NCBI GenBank assembly: GCA_977030845.1
Contig: OZ365115.1
Coordinates: 12,834,001 to 12,898,000 of the forward strand
Reading direction: 5' to 3'
DNA length: 64,000 nucleotides
Origin: Fimbriosthenelais zetlandica
Lineage: Eukaryota
In this document: positions 63,091 to 64,000 of the stretch, one piece after another
Layout: every line of letters starts with the position of its first letter
Numbering within the stretch: the stretch's first letter is position 1
The notes under the pieces: generated by a model
What the model saw: only the letters and a program-made list of their open reading frames with translations
Told to the model about the DNA's origin: nothing
Databases searched by the model: none
Program-made: the position numbers and the translations under genes

Positions 63091-64000
63091 TTAGATTTTT
63101 TCTACATCACACAAATTGATGTAGAAGTCGACATACCTTACCATTTTCTTTAGACATATCTAAGATCCATTCATTGTACACTGCCTGTATGTACGTAACA
63201 TTTATATACACAGTATACAAGTTGATGTACTACTCAAAGAAATATTGTCAATCACAAGTACAAAAAGTCATTGAAAACTTCACAACTGTCTCATTTTCAA
63301 ACAGGGTCAATATTGTTATTTACTCCTTGTCCACAGGCCAATTCAAGTGGTGGTTAGAGATTCTGGCCAGGTCATTTTGAGAAATGCTGTACAGTTTCTT
63401 GTTGAAGATGATTTCAAGAATGGAGTGCTTATCACACAGTGTACATCTGAATCAGGAATCCAACAATGATCATCTTTGGATAGCCAATAGAAGGTATTGG
63501 CTGATCTATGAGGGTGCATGAACTTTATCCTTTAGTCACCAAACAGATTCTGAGACCAGACCAATCCATGGGAGGTTAGAAACAGAGGCGTCTATCAAGG
63601 TGAAAAATATGTGCCTACATGGCCTGGTGCCTTAGTAAGGCACTGTGCCTGCATAAGTCAATTATTTGTAAAGCCATGACTCTTTAGAGAAAGCTGCCTC
63701 AGTTGTAAATGAGGCGTCTACCAATGTGACAAGTATGTGCCTACATGGCTTACAGCTGTGCGGAATTAAATATGCCTGTCTGGTGCCCTAGTAAGGCACT
63801 GTGCCTGCATAAGTCAATTATTTGTAGAGCCATGACAATGAAATTGAAGCTACTAGTATTTCCTTCCACTGTCTGAGAACTAGCTTTACTGCAGTGCAAA
63901 CATAGGCTTAATCTTACACAGAAGTTACCATGGATTGAAAGGTAGTGCTTTATACTATCCTGATTTTCTCAATTATGAAAAAGAAAACCCCTCCAGTTTT
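62549..64000. mobile_element. Young foldback-like inverted repeat (arms 62549-62815 and 63734-64000); probably continues past the window end
   Basis: The reverse complement of 63734-64000 matches 62549-62815 with about 5 mismatches by eye. Further modules (62816-62920) reappear inverted and reordered at 63581-63713. Confidence 0.85.

Overview
AT-rich eukaryotic (metazoan, probably invertebrate) genomic DNA; the taxon cannot be fixed from the sequence. The unspliced ORF track is essentially noise: every ORF is under 180 aa and several come from repeats. One gene can be built by hand with clean splice signals and is absent from the ORF track. It lies on the + strand near the window start: TATA at 598, a non-coding first exon, and CDS join(976..1021,1579..1652,1836..1928). 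It encodes a 70-aa protein made of a signal peptide, an about 28-aa Thr/Ser-rich core and a GPI-signal-like tail, a CD24/CD52-like architecture. The remaining ~61 kb looks intronic or intergenic. It contains heavily decayed retroelement fossils (one Gypsy-like gag/protease/RT, one LINE RT, two or three LINE endonuclease pieces), a small dispersed MITE-like family, a clean 9 x 41-bp minisatellite, two decayed 40-50-bp arrays and microsatellites. There are also several promoter/enhancer-like motif clusters, including a perfect RFX X-box, and a few orphan exon candidates. The window ends in a young, about 98% identical inverted repeat whose spacer holds an exon-like sequence with a one-base frameshift. 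No rRNA, tRNA, CRISPR array or prokaryotic system is supported. All homology calls are by-eye motif matches, not database results.
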